This document shows positions 26,400 through 41,300 of a stretch of 64,000 bases of DNA, one piece after another. This DNA comes from Eledone cirrhosa. Lineage: Eukaryota. The position numbers were made by a program, and so were the translations under genes. The notes under the pieces are model-generated. The model saw only the letters and a program-made list of their open reading frames with translations. It was not told the DNA's origin and searched no databases. The number at the start of each line of letters is the position of its first letter. Position 1 is the stretch's first letter. The stretch covers positions 20,460,001 through 20,524,000 of the forward strand of contig OZ024749.1 of NCBI GenBank assembly GCA_964016885.1, read 5' to 3'.

Positions 26400-29300
26400 G
26401 ACAGTACAGTGGACTATACCATACTGTGGTACCTACTTACAGCTAGGTGGACTTAGACTGTTGGCACAGTACAGTGGACTATACCAGACTGAGGTGCCTA
26501 CTTACAGCTAGGTGGACTGTGACTGTTGACAGTACAGTGGACTATACCATACTGTGGTACCTACTTACAGCTAGGTGGACTGAGCTGTTGGCACAGTACA
26601 GTGGACTATACCATACTGTGGTACCTACATACAGCTAGGTGGACTGAGCTGTTGACATAATACAGTGGACTATACCATACTGTGGTACCAACTTACAGCT
26701 AGGTGGACTGTGACTGTTGACAGTACAGTGGACTATACCATACTGTGGTACCTACTTACAGCTAGGTGGACTGAGCTGTTGACATAGTACAGTGGACTAT
26801 ACCATACTGTGGTACCTACTTACAGCTAGGTGGACTGTGACTGTTGGCAGTACAGTGGACTATACCATACTGTGGTACCTATTTACAGCTAGGTGGACTG
26901 TGACTGTTGACAGTACAGTGGACTATACCAGACTGTGGTACCTACTTACAGCTAGGTGGACTGTGACTGTTGGCACAGTACAGTGGAATATATCATACAG
27001 TGGTACCTACTTACAGCTAGGTGGACTGTGAATGTTGACATTACAGTGGACTATACCACACTGTGGTACCTACTTAAAGCTAGGTGGACTGCGACTGTTG
27101 GCACAGTACAGTGGACTATTCCATACTGTGGTACCTACTTACAGCTAGGTGGACTGTGACTGTTGGCACAGTACAGTGGACTATACCATACTGTGGTACC
27201 TACTTACAGCTAGGGGGACTGTGACTGTTGACAGTACAGTGGACTATACCATACTGTGGTGCCTACTTACAGCGAGGTGGACTGTGACTGTTGACAGTAC
27301 AGTGGACTATACCATACTGTAGTACCTACTTACAGCTAGGTGGACTGTGACTGTTGACAGTACAGTGGACTATACCATACTGTGGTACCTACTGACAGCT
27401 AGGTGGACTGTGACTGTTGACAGTACAGTGGACTCTACCATACTGTGGTGCCTACTTACAGCTAGGTGGACTGTTACTGTTGACAGTGGACTATACCATA
27501 CTGTGGTATCTACTTACAGCTAGGTGGACTGTGACTTTTGACAGTACAGTGGACTATACCAGACTGTGGTGGTGCCTACTTACAACTAGGTGGACTGTGA
27601 CTGTTGGGACAGTACAGTGGACTATACCATACTGTGGTCCCTACTTAGAGCAAGGTGGTCTGTGACTGTTGGCACAGTACTGTGGACTATACCATACTGT
27701 GGTACCTACTTACATCTAGGTAGACTGTGACTGTTGTCAGTACAGTGGACCATACCATACTGTGGTACCTACTTACAGCTAGGTGGACTGTGACTGTTGG
27801 CACAGTACAGTGGACTATACCATACTGTGGTACCTACTTACAGCTAGGTGGACTGTCACTGTTGGCACAGTACAGTGGACTATACCAGACTGTGGTGCCT
27901 ACTTACAGCTAGGTGGACTGTGACTGTTGACAGTACAGTGGACTGTGACTGTTGACAGTACAGTGTACTATACCAGACTGTGGTACCTACTTACAGCTAG
28001 GTGGACTGAGCTGTTGCCATAGTACAGTGGACTATACCATACTGTGGTACCTACTTACAGCTAGGTGGACTGTGACTGTTGACAGTACAGTGGACTATAC
28101 CATACTGTGGTGCCTACTTACAGCTAGGTGGACTGTGACTGTTGACAGTACAGTGGACTATACCATACTGTGGTACCTACTTACAGCTAGGTGGACAGTG
28201 ACTGTTGACAGTACAGTGGACTATACCATACTGTGGTACCTACTTACAGCTAGGTGGACTGTGACTGTTGGCACAGTACAGTGGACTATACCATGCTGTG
28301 GTACCTACTTACAGCTAGGTGGACTGTCACTGTTGGCACAGTACAGTGGACTATACCAGACTGTGGTGCCTACTTACAGCTAGGTGGACTGTGACTGTTG
28401 ACAGTACAGTGGACTGTGACTGTTGACAGTACAGTGTACTATACCAGACTGTGGTACCTACTTACAGCTAGGTGGACTGAGCTGTTGCCATAGTACAGTG
28501 GACTATACCATACTGTGGTACCTACTTACAGCTAGGTGGACTGTGACTGTTGACAGTACAGTGGACTATACCATACTGTGGTGCCTACTTACAGCTAGGT
28601 GGACTGTGACTGTTGACACAGTACAGTGGATTATACCATACTGTGGTACCTACTTACAGCTAGGTGGACTGTGACTGTTGACAGTACAGTGGACTATACC
28701 ATACTGTGGTACCTACTTACAGCTAGGTGGACTGTGACTGTTGACAGTACAGTGGACTATACCATACTGTGGTACCTACTTACAGCTAGGTGGACAGTGA
28801 CTGTTGACAGTACAGTGGACTATACCATACTGTGGTACCTACTTACAGCTAGGTGGACTGTGACTGTTGACAGTACAGTGGACTATACCATACTGTGGTA
28901 CCTACTTACAGCTAGGTGGACTGTGACTGTTGACACAGTACAGTGGACTATACCATACTGTGGTGCCTACTTACAGCTAGGTGGACTGTGACTGTTGACA
29001 GTACAGTGGACTATACCATACTGTGGTGCCTACTTACAGCTAGGTGGACTGTGACTGTTGACATAGTACAGTGGACTATACCATACTGTGGTACCTATTT
29101 ACAGCTAGGTGGACTGTGACTTTTGACATAGTAGTGGACTATACCATACTGTGGTACCTACTTACAGCTAGGTGGACTGTGACTGTTGACAGTACAGTGG
29201 ACTATACCATACTGTGGTACCTACTTACAGCTAGGTGGACTGTGACTGTTGACATAGTACAGTGGACTATACCATACTGTGATAACTACTTACAGCTAGG

Positions 29301-32300
29301 TGGACTGAGCTGTTGACATAGTACAGTGGACTATACCATACTGTGGTACCTACTTACAGCTAGGTGGACTGTGACTGTTGACAGTACAGTGGACTATACC
29401 ATACTGTGGTACCTACTTACAGCTAGGTGGACTGTGACTGTTGACATAGTACAGTGGACTATACCAACTGTGGTACCTACTTACAGCTAACTGGACTGAG
29501 CTGTTGACATAGTACAGTGGACTATACCATACTGTGGTACCTACTAACAACTAGCTGGACTGTGACTGTTGACAGTACAATGGACTATACCATACTCTGG
29601 TACCTACTTACAGCTAGGTGGACTGTGACTGTTGACATAGTACAGTGGACTATACCAACTGTGGTACCTACTTACAGCTATGTGGACTGAGCTGTTGACA
29701 TAGTACAGTGGACTATACCAGACTGTGGTACCTACTTACAGCTAGGTGGACTGTGACTGTTGGAGCAGTACAGTGGACTATACCATACTGTGGTACCTAC
29801 TTACAGCTAGGTGGACTGTGACTGTTGTCAGTACCGTGGACTATACCATACTGTGGTACCTATTTACAGCTAGGTGGACTATGACTTTTGACAGTACAGT
29901 GGACTATACCAGACTGTGATACCTACTTACAGCTAGGTGGACTGTGACTGTTGGCAGTACAGTGGACTGTGACTGTTGGCAGTACAGTGGACTATACCAT
30001 ACTGTGGTACCTACTTACAGCTAGGTGGACTGTGACTGTTGACAGTACAATGGACTATACCATACTGTGGTATCTACTTACAGCTAGGTGGACTGTGACT
30101 GTTGACAGTACAGTGGACTATACCAGTCTGTGGTACCTACTTACAGCTAGGTGGACTCTGACTGTTGGCCGTACAGTGGACTCTACCATACTGTGGTACC
30201 TACTTACAGCTAGGTGGACTGTGACTGTTGACAGTACAGTGGACTATACCAGACTGTGGTACCTACTTACAGCTAGGTGGACTGTTACTGTTGACAGTGG
30301 ACTATACCATACTGTGGTATCTACTTACAGCTAGTTGGACTGTGACTTTTGACAGTACAGTGGACTATACCAGACTGTGGTGGTGCCTACTTACAGCTAG
30401 GTGGACTGTGACTGTTGGGACAGTACAGTGGACTATACCATACTGTGGTGCCTACTTACAGCAAGGTGGACTGTGACTGTTGGCTCAGTACAGTGGACTA
30501 TACCATACTGTGGTACCTACTTACATCTAGGTAGACTGTGACTGTTGACAGTACAGTGGACCATACCATACTGTGGTACCTACTTACAGCTAGGTGGACT
30601 GTGACTGTTGACAGTAGAGTGGACTATACCACACTGTGGTACCTACTTACAGCTAGGTGGACTGTGACTGTTGGCACAGTACAGTGGACTATACCATACT
30701 GTGGTACCTACTTACAGCTAGGTGGACTGTGACTGTTGACAGTACAGTGGACTATACCATACTGTGGTACCTACTTACAGCTAGGTGGACAGTGACTGTT
30801 GACAGTACAGTGGACTATACCATACTGTGGTACCTACTTACAGCTAGGTGGACTGTGACTGTTGAGAGTACAGTGGACTATACCATGCTGTGGTACCTAC
30901 TTACAGCTAGGTGGACTGTGACTGTTGACATAGTACAGTGGACTATACCAACTGTGGTACCTACTTACAGCTAACTGGACTGAGCTGTTGACATAGTACA
31001 GTGGACTATACCATACTGTGGTACCTACTAACAACTAGCTGGACTGTGACTGTTGACAGTACAATGGACTATACCATACTCTGGTACCTACTTACAGCTA
31101 GGTGGACTGTGACTGTTGACATAGTACAGTGGACTATACCAACTGTGGTACCTACTTACAGCTATGTGGACTGAGCTGTTGACATAGTACAGTGGACTAT
31201 ACCAGACTGTGGTACCTACTTACAGCTAGGTGGACTGTGACTGTTGGAGCAGTACAGTGGACTATACCATACTGTGGTACCTACTTACAGCTAGGTGGAC
31301 TGTGACTGTTGTCAGTACCGTGGACTATACCATACTGTGGTACCTACTTACAGCTAGGTGGACTATGACTTTTGACAGTACAGTGGACTATACCAGACTG
31401 TGGTACCTACTTACAGCTAGGTGGACTGTGACTGTTGGCAGTACAGTGGACTGTGACTGTTGGCAGTACAGTGGACTATACCATACTGTGGTACCTACTT
31501 ACAGCTAGGTGGACTGTGACTGTTGACAGTACAATGGACTATACCATACTGTGGTATCTACTTACAGCTAGGTGGACTGTGACTGTTGAGAGTACAGTGG
31601 ACTATACCAGTCTGTGGTACCTACTTACAGCTAGGTGGACTCTGACTGTTGGCCGTACAGTGGACTCTACCATACTGTGGTACCTACTTACAGCTAGGTG
31701 GACTGTGACTGTTGACAGTACAGTGGACTATACCAGACTGTGGTACCTACTTACAGCTAGGTGGACTGTTACTGTTGACAGTGGACTATACCATACTGTG
31801 GTATCTACTTACAGCTAGTTGGACTGTGACTTTTGACAGTACAGTGGACTATACCAGACTGTGGTGGTGCCTACTTACAGCTAGGTGGACTGTGACTGTT
31901 GGGACAGTACAGTGGACTATACCATACTGTGGTGCCTACTTACAGCAAGGTGGACTGTGACTGTTGGCTCAGTACAGTGGACTATACCATACTGTGGTAC
32001 CTACTTACATCTAGGTAGACTGTGACTGTTGACAGTACAGTGGACCATACCATACTGTGGTACCTATTTACAGCTAGGTGGACTGTGACTGTTGACGGTA
32101 GAGTGGACTATACCACACTGTGGTACCTACTTACAGCTAGGTGGACTTAGACTGTTGGCACAGTACAGTGGACTATACCAGACTGAGGTGCCTACTTACA
32201 GCTAGGTGGACTGTGACTGTTGACAGTACAGTGGACTATACCATACTGTGGTACCTACTTACAGCTAGGTGGACTATGACTTTTGACAGTACAATGGACT

Positions 32301-35300
32301 ATACCAGACTGTGGTACCTACTTACAGCTAGGTGGACTGTGACTGTTGGCAGTACAGTGGACTGTGACTGTTGGCAGTACAGTGGACTATACCATACTGT
32401 GGTACCTACTTACAGCTAGGTGGACTGTGACTGTTGACAGTACAATGGACTATACCATACTGTGGTATCTACTTACAGCTAGGTGGACTGTGACTGTTGA
32501 CAGTACAGTGGACTATACCAGTCTGTGGTACCTACTTACAGCTAGGTGGACTCTGACTGTTGGCCGTACAGTGGACTCTACCATACTGTGGTACCTACTT
32601 ACAGCTAGGTGGACTGTGACTGTTGACAGTACAGTGGACTATACCAGACTGTGGTACCTACTTACAGCTAGGTGGACTGTTACTGTTGACAGTGGACTAT
32701 ACCATACTGTGGTATCTACTTACAGCTAGTTGGACTGTGACTTTTGACAGAACAGTGGACTATACCAGACTGTGGTGGTGCCTACTTACAGCTAGGTGGA
32801 CTGTGACTGTTGGGACAGTACAGTGGACTATACCATACTGTGGTGCCTACTTACAGCAAGGTGGACTGTGACTGTTGGCTCAGTACAGTGGACTATACCA
32901 TACTGTGGTACCTACTTACATCTAGGTAGACTGTGACTGTTGACAGTACAGTGGACCATACCATACTGTGGTACCTACTTACAGCTAGGTGGACTGTGAC
33001 TGTTGACAGTAGAGTGGACTATACCACACTGTGGTACCTACTTACAGCTAGGTGGACTGTGACTGTTGGCACAGTACAGTGGACTATACCATACTGTGGT
33101 ACCTACTTACAGCTAGGTGGACTTAGACTGTTGGCACAGTACAGTGGACTATACCAGACTGAGGTGCCTACTTACAGCTAGGGGGACTGTGACTGTTGAC
33201 AGTACAGTGGACTATACCATACTGTGGTACCTACTTACAGCTAGGTGGACTGAGCTGTTGGCACAGTACAGTGGACTATACCTTACTGTGGTACCTACTT
33301 ACAGCTAGGTGGACTGAGCTGTTGACATAATACAGTGGACTATACCATACTGTGGTACCTACTTACAGCTAGGTGGACTGTGACTGTTGTCAGTACCGTG
33401 GACTATACCATACTGTGGTACCTACTTACAGCTAGGTGGACTATGACTTTTGACAGTACAGTGGACTATACCAGACTGTGGTACCTACTTACAGCTAGGT
33501 GGACTGTGACTGTTGGCAGTACAGTGGACTGTGACTGTTGGCAGTACAGTGGACTATACCATACTGTGGTACCTACTTACAGCTAGGTGGACTGTGACTG
33601 TTGACAGTACAATGGACTATACCATACTGTGGTATCTACTTACAGCTAGGTGGACTGTGACTGTTGACAGTACAGTGGACTATACCAGTCTGTGGTACCT
33701 ACTTACAGCTAGGTGGTCTCTGACTGTTGGCCGTACAGTGGACTCTACCATACTGTGGTACCTACTTACAGCTAGGTGGACTGTGACTGTTGACAGTACA
33801 GTGGACTATACCAGACTGTGGTACCTACTTACAGCTAGGTGGACTGTTACTGTTGACAGTGGACTATACCATACTGTGGTATCTACTTACAGCTAGTTGG
33901 ACTGTGACTTTTGACAGTACAGTGGACTATACCAGACTCTGGTGGTGCCTACCTACAGCTAGGTGGACTGTGACTGTTGGGACAGTACAGTGGACTATAC
34001 CATACTGTGGTGCCTACTTACAGAAAGGTGGACTGTGACTGTTGGCTCAGTACAGTGGACTATACCATACTGTGGTACCTACTTACATCTAGGTAGACTG
34101 TGACTGTTGACAGTACAGTGGACCATACCATACTGTGGTACCTACTTACAGCTAGGTGGACTGTGACTGTTGACAGTAGAGTGGACTATACCACACTGTG
34201 GTACCTACTTACAGCTAGGTGGACTGTGACTGTTGGCACAGTACAGTGGACTATACCATACTGTGGTACCTACTTACAGCTAGGTGGACTTAGACTGTTG
34301 GCACAGTGCAGTGGACTATACCAGACTGAGGTGCCTACTTACAGCTAGGTGGACTGTGACTGTTGACAGTACAGTGGACTATACCATACTGTGGTACCTA
34401 CTTACAGCTAGGTGGACTGAGCTGTTGGCACAGTACAGTGGACTATACCATACTGTGGTACCTACTTACAGCTAGGTGGACTGAGCTGTTGACATAATAC
34501 AGTGGACTATACCATACTGTGGTACCAACTTACAGCTAGGTGGACTGTGACTGTTGACAGTACAGTGGACTATACCATACTGTGGTACCTACTTACAGCT
34601 AGGTGGACTGAGCTGTTGACATAGTACAGTGGACTATACCATACTGTGGTACCTACTTACAGCTAGGTGGACTGTGACTGTTGGCAGTACAGTGGACTAT
34701 ACCATACTGTGGTACCTACTTACAGCTAGGTGGACTGTGACTGTTGACAGTACAGTGGACTATACCAGACTGTGGTACCTACTTACAGCTAGGTGGACTG
34801 TGACTGTTGGCACAGTACAGTGGAATATATCATACAGTGGTACCTACTTACAGCTAGGTGGACTGTGAATGTTGACATTACAGTGGACTATACCACACTG
34901 TGGTACCTACTTAAAGCTAGGTGGACTGCGACTGTTGGCACAGTACAGTGGACTATACCATACTGTGGTACCTACTTACAGCTAGGTGGACTGCGACTGT
35001 TGGCACAGTACAGTGGACTATACCAGACTGTGGTACCTACTTACAGCTAGGTGGACTGTGACTGTTGACACCGTACAGTGGACTATACCATACTGTGGTA
35101 CCTACTTACAGCTAGGTGGACTGTGACTGTTGACAGTACAGTGGACTATACCATACTGTAGTACCTACTTACAGCTAGGTGGACTGTGACTGTTGACAGT
35201 ACAGTGGACTATACCATACTGTGGTACCTACTGACAGCTAGGTGGACTGTGACTGTTGACAGTACAGTGGACTCTACCATACTGTGGTGCCTACTTACAG

Positions 35301-38300
35301 CTAGGTGGACTATTACTGTTGACAGTGGACTATACCATACTGTGGTATCTACTTACAGCTAGGTGGACTGTGACTTTTGACAGTACAGTGGACTATACCA
35401 GACTGTGGTGGTGCCTACTTACAACTAGGTGGACTGTGACTGTTGGGACAGTACAGTGGACTATACCATACTGTGGTCCCTACTTAGAGCAAGGTGGACT
35501 GTGACTGTTGGCACAGTACTGTGGACTATACCATACTGTGGTACCTACTTACATCTAGGTAGACTGTGACAGTTGACAGTACAGTGGACCATACCATACT
35601 GTGGTACCTACTTACAGCTAGGTGGACTGTGACTGTTGGCACAGTACAGTGGACTATACCATACTGTGGTACCTACTTACAGCTAGGTGGACTGTCACTG
35701 TTGGCACAGTACAGTGGACTATACCAGACTGTGGTGCCTACTTACAGCTAGGTGGACTGTGACTGTTGACAGTACAGTGGACTGTGACTGTTGACAGTAC
35801 AGTGTACTATACCAGACTGTGGTACCTACTTACAGCTAGGTGGACTGAGCTGTTGCCATAGTACAGTGGACTATACCATACTGTGGTACCTACTTACAGC
35901 TAGGTGGACTGTGACTGTTGACAGTACAGTGGACTATACCATACTGTGGTGCCTACTTACAGCTAGGTGGACTGTGACTGTTGACATAGTACAGTGGACT
36001 ATACCATACTGTGGTACCTACTTACGGCTAGGTGGACTGTGACTGTTGACAGTACAGTGGACTACACCATACTGTGGTACCTACTTACAGCTAGGTGGAC
36101 TGTGACTGTTGACAGTACAGTGGACTATACCATACTGTGGTACCTACTTACAGCTAGGTGGACAGTGACTGTTGACAGTACAGTGGACTATACCATACTG
36201 TGGTACCTACTTACAGCTAGGTGGACTGTGACTGTTGGCACAGTACAGTGGACTATACCATACTGTGGTACCTACTTACAGCTAGGTGGACTGTCACTGT
36301 TGGCACAGTACAGTGGACTATACCAGACTGTGGTGCTTACTTACAGCTAGGTGGACTGTGACTGTTGACAGTACAGTGGACTGTGACTGTTGACAGTACA
36401 GTGGACTGTGACTGTTGACAGTACAGTGTACTATACCAGACTGTGGTACCTACTTACAGCTAGGTGGACTGAGCTGTTGCCATAGTACAGTGGACTATAC
36501 CATACTGTGGTACCTACTTACAGCTAGGTGGACTGTGACTGTTGACAGTACAGTGGACTATACCATACTGTGGTGCCTACTTACAGCTAGGTGGACTGTG
36601 ACTGTTGACATAGTACAGTGGACTATACCATACTGTGGTACCTACTTACAGCTAGGTGGACTGTGACTGTTGACAGTACAGTGGACTATACCATACTGTG
36701 GTACCTACTTACAGCTAGGTGGACTGTGACTGTTGACAGTACAGTGGACTATACCATACTGTGGTACCTACTTACAGCTAGGTGGACAGTGACTGTTGAC
36801 AGTACAGTGGACTATACCATACTGTGGTACCTACTTACAGCTAGGTGGACTGTGACTGTTGACAGTACAGTGGACTATACCATACTGTGGTACCTACTTA
36901 CAGCTAGGTGGACTGTGACTGTTGACACAGTACAGTGGACTATACCATACTGTGGTGCCTACTTACAGCTAGGTGGACTGTGACTGTTGACAGTACAGTG
37001 GACTATACCATACTGTGGTGCCTACTTACAGCTAGGTGGACTGTGACTGTTGACATAGTACAGTGGACTATACCATACTGTGGTACCTACTTACAGCTAG
37101 GTGGACTGTGACTGTTGACATAGTAGTGGACTATACCATACTGTGGTACCTACTTACAGCTAGGGGGACTGTGACTGTTGACAGTACAGTGGACTATACC
37201 ATACTGTGGTACCTACTTACAGCTAGGTGGACTGTGACTGTTGACATAGTACAGTGGACTATACCATACTGTGATAACTACTTACAGCTAGGTGGACTGA
37301 GCTGTTGACATAGTACAGTGGACTATACCATACTGTGGTACCTACTTACAGCTAGGTGGACTGTGACTGTTGACAGTACAGTGGACTATACCATACTGTG
37401 GTACCTACTTACAGCTAGGTGGACTGTGACTGTTGACATAGTACAGTGGACTATACCAACTGTGGTACCTACTTACAGCTAACTGGACTGAGCTGTTGAC
37501 ATAGTACAGTGGACTATACCATACTGTGGTACCTACTAACAACTAGCTGGACTGTGACTGTTGACAGTACAATGGACTATACCATACTCTGGTACCTACT
37601 TACAGCTAGGTGGACTGTGACTGTTGACATAGTACGGTAGACTATACCAACTGTGGTACCTACTTACAGCTATGTGGACTGAGCTGTTGACATAGTACAG
37701 TGGACTATACCAGACTGTGGTACCTACTTACAGCTAGGTGGACTGTGACTGTTGGAGCAGTACAGTGGACTATACCATACTGTGGTACCTACTTACAGCT
37801 AGGTGGACTGTGACTGTTGTCAGTACCGTGGACTATACCATACTGTGGTACCTACTTACAGCTAGGTGGACTATGACTTTTGACAGTACAGTGGACTATA
37901 CCAGACTGTGGTACCTACTTACAGCTAGGTGGACTGTGACTGTTGACAGTACAATGGACTATACCATACTGTGGTATCTACTTACAGCTAGGTAGACTGT
38001 GACTGTTGACAGTACAGTGGACTATACCAGTCTGTGGTACCTACTTACAGCTAGGTGGACTCTGACTGTTGGCCGTACCGTGGACTCTACCATACTGTGG
38101 TACCTACTTACAGCTAGGTGGACTGTGACTGTTGACAGTACAGTGGACTATACCAGACTGTGGTACCTACTTACAGCTAGGTGGACTGTTACTGTTGACA
38201 GTGGACTATACCATACTGTGGTATCTACTTACAGCTAGTTGGACTGTGACTTTTGACAGTACAGTGGACTATACCAGACTGTGGTGGTGCCTACTTACAG

Positions 38301-41300
38301 CTAGGTGGACTGTGACTGTTGGGACAGTACAGTGGACTATACCATACTGTGGTGCCTACTTACAGCAAGGTGGACTGTGACTGTTGGCTCAGTACAGTGG
38401 ACTATACCATACTGTGGTACCTACTTACATCTAGGTAGACTGTGACTGTTGACAGTACAGTGGACCATACCATACTGTGGTACCTACTTACAGCTAGGTG
38501 GACTGTGACTGTTGACAGTAGAGTGGACTATACCACACTGTGGTACCTACTTACAGCTAGGTGGACTGTGACTGTTGGCACAGTACAGTGGACTATACCA
38601 TACTGTGGTACCTACTTACAGCTAGGTGGACTGTGACTGTTGACAGTACAGTGGACTATACCATACTGTGGTACCTACTTACAGCTAGGTGGACTGTGAC
38701 TGTTGACAGTACAGTGGACTATACCATACTGTGGTACCTACTTACAGCTAGGTGGACTGTGACTGTTGACATAGTACAGTGGACTATACCAACTGTGGTA
38801 CCTACTTACAGCTAACTGGACTGAGCTGTTGACATAGTACAGTGGACTATACCATACTGTGGTACCTACTAACAACTAGCTGGACTGTGACTGTTGACAG
38901 TACAATGGACTATACCATACGCTGGTACCTACTTACAGCTAGGTGGACTGTGACTGTTGACATAGTACAGTGGACTATACCAACTGTGGTACCTACTTAC
39001 AGCTATGTGGACTGAACTGTTGACATAGTACAGTGGACTATACCAGACTGTGGTACCTACTTACAGCTAGGTGGACTGTGACTGTTGGAGCAGTACAGTG
39101 GACTATACCATACTGTGGTACCTACTTACAGCTAGGTGGACTGTGACTGTTGTCAGTACCGTGGACTATACCATACTGTGGTACCTACTTACAGCTAGGT
39201 GGACTATGACTTTTGACAGTACAGTGGACTATACCAGACTGTGGTACCTACTTACAGCTAGGTGGACTGTGACTGTTGGCAGTACAGTGGACTGTGACTG
39301 TTGGCAGTACAGTGGACTATACCATACTGTGGTACCTACTTACAGCTAGGTGGACTGTGACTGTTGACAGTACAATGGACTATACCATACTGTGGTATCT
39401 ACTTACAGCTAGGTGGACTGTGACTGTTGACAGTACAGTGGACTATACCAGTCTGTGGTACCTACTTACAGCTAGGTGGACTCTGACTGTTGGCGTACAG
39501 TGGACTCTACCATACTGTGGTACCTACTTACAGCTAGGTGGACTGTGACTGTTGAGAGTACAGTGGACTATACCAGACTGTGGTACCTACTTACAGCTAG
39601 GTGGACTGTTACTGTTGACAGTGGACTATACCATACTGTGGTATCTACTTACAGCTAGTTGGACTGTGACTTTTGACAGTACAGTGGACTATACCAGACT
39701 GTGGTGGTGCCTACTTACAGCTAGTTGGACTGTGACTGTTGGGACAGTACAGTGGACTATACCATACTGTGGTGCCTACTTACAGCAAGGTGGACTGTGA
39801 CTGTTGGCTCAGTACAGTGGACTATACCATACTGTGGTACCTACTTACATCTAGGTAGACTGTGACTGTTGACAGTACAGTGGACCATACCATACTCTGG
39901 TACCTACTTACAGCTAGGTGGACTGTGACTGTTGACAGTAGAGTGGACTATACCACACTGTGGTACCTACTTACAGCTAGGTGGACTGTGACTGTTGGCA
40001 CAGTACAGTGGACTATACCATACTGTGGTACCTACTTACAGCTAGGTGGACTTAGACTGTTGGCACAGTACAGTGGACTATACCAGACTGAGGTGCCTAC
40101 TTACAGCTAGGTGGACTGTGACTGTTGACAGTACAGTGGACTATACCATACTGTGGTACCTACTTACAGCTAGGTGGACTGAGCTGTTGGCACAGTACAG
40201 TGGACTATACCATACTGTGGTACCTACTTACAGCTAGGTGGACTGAGCTGTTGACATAATACAGTGGACTATACCATACTGTGGTACCAACTTACAGCTA
40301 GGTGGACTGTGACTGTTGACAGTACAGTGGACTATACCATACTGTGGTACCTACTTACAGCTAGGTGGACTGAGCTGTTGACATAGTACAGTGGACTATA
40401 CCATACTGTGGTACCTACTTACAGCTAGGTGGACTGTGACTGTTGGCAGTACAGTGGACTATACCATACTGTGGTACCTACTTACAGCTAGGTGGACTGT
40501 GACTGTTGACAGTACAGTGGACTATACCAGACTGTGGTACCTACTTACAGCTAGGTGGACTGTGACTGTTGGCACAGTACAGTGGAATATATCATACAGT
40601 GGTACCTACTTACAGCTAGGTGGACTGTGAATGTTGACATTACAGTGGACTATACCACACTGTGGTACCTACTTAAAGCTAGGTGGACTGCGACTGTTGG
40701 CACAGTACAGTGGACTATACCATACTGTGGTACCTACTTACAGCTAGGTGGACTGCGACTGTTGCCACAGTACAGTGGACTATACCAGACTGTGGTACCT
40801 ACTTACAGCTAGGTGGACTGTGACTGTTGACACCGTACAGTGGACTATACCATACTGTGGTACCTACTTACAGCTAGGTGGACTGTGACTGTTGACAGTA
40901 CAGTGGACTATACCATACTGTGGTACCTATTTACAGCTAGGTGGACTGCGACTGTTGGCACAGTACAGTGGACTATACCATACTGTGGTACCTACTTACA
41001 GCTAGGGGGACTGTGACTGTTGACAGTACAGTGGACTATACCATACTGTGGTGCCTACTTACAGCGAGGTGGACTGTGACTGTTGACAGTACAGTGGACT
41101 ATACCATACTGTAGTACCTACTTACAGCTAGGTGGACTGTGACTGTTGACAGTACAGTGGACTATACCATACTGTGGTACCTACTGACAGCTAGGTGGAC
41201 TGTGACTGTTGACAGTACAGTGGACTCTACCATACTGTGGTGCCTACTTACAGCTAGGTGGACTGCGACTGTTGGCACAGTACAGTGGACTATACCATAC

